Assembly (NCBI GenBank): GCA_035221665.1
Contig: CM069136.1
Coordinates: forward strand, 22,010,001-22,074,000
Length of the DNA: 64,000 bases
From: Okamejei kenojei
Taxonomy: Eukaryota
Direction: 5' to 3'
Position numbers and translations under genes: made by a program. Positions 61,317 through 64,000 of the stretch are shown here, piece by piece (the first letter of the stretch is position 1; every line of letters starts with the position of its first letter). The notes beneath the pieces are model-generated. The model was given only the letters and a program-made list of their open reading frames with translations. It was not told where the DNA came from and searched no databases.

Positions 61317-62075
61317 AATGAATAAGTAAGTTTATAAGTTTATTGGCCAAGTATGTACACATACAAGGAATTTGCCCAGGTTTGCCACAAGTAAAACACG
61401 ACATACAGCAAACAATTAAGAATAAACATAAAACATTAAAACATTAAGAATAAAACATTATAGTTTAAACATGTAATTGAAATAAAATACCAGAGCAAAA
61501 GGGGGCTACAGACTTTTGGTTATTGAATAGAGCTACTGCTCGTGGAAAAAAACAGTTTTTATGTCTGGCTTTGGTAGCTTTGACAGTCCGGAGTGACCTT
61601 CCAGAGGGAAGAGATTCAAAGAGTTTGTGGCCAGGGTGAGAGGTGATCTTACCCGCTCGCTCCCTGGACCTTGCAGTGTACAGTTCGTCAATGGAGGGAA
61701 GGTTGCAGCCAACAACCTTGTCAGCTGAGCGAACGATTCGCTGCAGCCTCTGGATGTCGTGCTTGGTGGCTGAACCAAACCAGACCATGATGGAGAAGGT
61801 GAGGACAGACTCTACGATGGCCATATAGAATTGGACCATCATTGCCTGTGGCAGATTGTGCTTCCTCAGCTGCCGCAGGAAGTACATCCTCTGTTGTGCC
61901 TCTTTGACTGTGGAGTCGATGATGGCCCCTCATTTAAGGTCCTTGGAGATGATGGTTCCAAGGAACTTAAAATACTCCACGGATGTGACTGTAGTGTTGT
62001 TGATGGTGATTTGGGGGAGGGGAGGGGGTGCTCTCCTATCTACTATCAATTCCACTGTCTTAAGGGCATTGAATT
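61317..62075 (-). mobile_element. Rex1/Babar LINE 3' portion (same subfamily as 16424-17395)
   Basis: ORF 61465-61887 nearly identical to ORF 16637-17014. Confidence 0.92.
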
Positions 62076-62436
62076 CCTGGTTGTTACCTTGATTCACGTC
62101 AAGATAAGATATCAAGATAGATATCAAGAAAGAACTGAGACTCAATATGGAGAAGAGTTGATTCATGGGGAATGTGAAAGAGATGTTTATGATTATGTAA
62201 GGAACTAGATTGGCTTCACACTGACAATGTGTTACAATTAAATGGAATCAAGAGATCCCATTTGAAGTTGCCCAAGACTAAGTCTGGATGAGATGGATTG
62301 TTTTCCACCCGATAATAGTTTGGAATAGGCTGCTATTCTGATTTGTTGACTTCCTTCAAACATGTTAGCCAATTTCTGACTAGGCACAAGTACCTTGCAT
62401 AGAAGGTCGCCACTGCATATAATTCAGTAGGTTCTG

Positions 62437-62577
62437 GAGTCTGAAGAAGGGTCACAATGTGAAACATTGCCAATCCATTTTCTCCACAGATGGTTCCTGA
62501 CCCACTGATTTTCTCCAGCACTTTGTATTTTGCTCAGGATTCCAGATTCCAGTATCTGCAGTTCCTTGTGTCTCTAT
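62437..62577 (+). mobile_element. Penelope pLTR-derived repeat
   Basis: CTGAAGAAGGGTCACAATGTGAAAC...CTCCAGCACTTTGT...ATCTGCAGTTCCTTGTG. Confidence 0.7.
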
Positions 62578-62719
62578 AATTATATGTAAATCTCCTACGC
62601 TGGTTTCTTCAGGGGAGTTGCAGAAGATATTTTGTGATTCCATTCCCTCCCTATCAGAAATCCACCCACCTGCCAATTACCTGAACTTTTACCCACTGAG
62701 TTACCTCAGCACTTTGTGT

Positions 62720-62980
62720 CAATAGACAATAGACAATAGACAATAGATGCAGTAGGCCATTCGGCCCTTTGAGCCAGCACCGTCATTCAATATGATCAGC
62801 GCTGATCATCCCCAATCAGTACCCCGTTCCTGCCTTCTCCCCATATCCCCTGACTTTGCTATTTTTAAGAGCCCTATCTAGCACTCTCTTGAAAGCATCC
62901 AGAGAACCTGCCTTCACCGCCATCTGAGGCAGAGAATTCCACAGACTCACCACTCTCTGTGAGAAAAAGTGTTTCCTTTT
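62720..62980 (-). mobile_element. CR1 3' end with (CAATAGA)n tail
   Basis: GGCCATTCGGCCCTTTGAGCCAGCACC terminus. Confidence 0.88.
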
Positions 62981-63331
62981 TATTTCTGCGGTGTTTCATT
63001 GTTATAATGTCAAATTTTATTTCATTCGACCATGCTGTTTAATGATAATAGGTGATTTGAACCGATTGAGATACGATTGGTGTTATGAAGGTCATGTACC
63101 TGATATATTCCTGCCTTCGCTAAAGTCATGTCTTTGTGACATGAGAAAGTAATCAGTAGAGGTATCAACATGTATGAATTATTCAGTATGACTTTGTCTG
63201 AAGCCATTCTTGACTAAGATGTGCAAAACACTTTCAAACTGTTATTTAGTGTGGTTTTGAGATACATTATGAAAATAGGCCCTCTGTCTGACCAAGTTCA
63301 CAGCAACCATTGCTCATTCATTCACACCAGT

Positions 63332-63924
63332 TCATAATCATAATCATAATCGTCATTTGTTAGCCAAGTATGTTTTGACAAAGAATTTGGTTTGTCATAC
63401 AGTCATACCAAAAAAGCAACAAGACACACAAAAACAATAGACAATAGACAATAAAATAGACGATAGACAATAGACATAAACATTTACATAAAACATCCAC
63501 CACAGCGGCTCCTCCCCATTCCCCACTTTTGTTGGAAGGGAATTAAGTCTTATCTTCTTTCCTCCTTTTGTCCTGCGGTTGGGACAGTCAAACCATCCAC
63601 AGTCGGGGCCTTCCACAGATGGAAGCGCCCGCAGCCGGCGATCGAAGCTCCCACTTCGGGGCGATCGGTGATCCCAAAGCCGGTCGCAAAACAGGGACCG
63701 CGAGCTGCAAGATGAAAAAGTCTGCAGGACTCCACAGTTGGAGCTTCCAAGATCGATCGTTGGCAAAGGGCCCGCAAGCTCCATGATGTTAAGTCCGCAG
63801 GCTCCAGTGGTTGGAGCTCCCAAGATCCCAGCAAGAGGGCGACATCTCCACAATGTTAAGCCGCAGTGCGGAAGGAGATATGACCTGCAAAAAGTTGCAT
63901 CTCCGTCGAGGAAGAGATAAAAAA
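63332..63924 (-). mobile_element. GC-rich non-autonomous retroposon related to 60437-61250
   Basis: CATAAAACATCCACCACAGC...GGAAGG matches the reverse complement of 61075-61130; (CATAAT)n tail. Confidence 0.55.
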
Positions 63925-64000
63925 GGGTTAGAATTAGACCTTTCAACCCATCAAGTCTACTCCACAATTCAATCATGGCTGACCTATCTTTCACTCTCAA

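Overview
Eukaryotic, repeat-dominated DNA with no recognisable host protein-coding gene. The repeat set (HER1-like CR1 LINEs with (TTTCTATG)n tails, HE1-like V-SINEs, Rex1/Babar, Penelope-like elements, a DIRS1 tyrosine-recombinase retrotransposon, Harbinger-type MITEs, a Helitron-like element) points to a cartilaginous fish, probably a skate or ray (inference). The most striking signal is a ~200-bp retroposon with no visible Pol III promoter, present twice (11452-11644 minus, 39319-39517 plus). Each copy has a target-site duplication (TSD) and a (GAA)n tail. Its 5' end begins at, or within 2 nt of, the G1 of an HDV-like self-cleaving ribozyme fold whose P2/P3/L3 sequence closely matches the mammalian CPEB3 ribozyme as I recall it. 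A second ribozyme system is also present: Penelope pLTR-derived mini-elements with minimal hammerhead cores, some flanked by 7-15 bp TSDs. Repeat boundaries were read by eye and are approximate unless a TSD is quoted. Family names rest on recalled motifs, not database searches.
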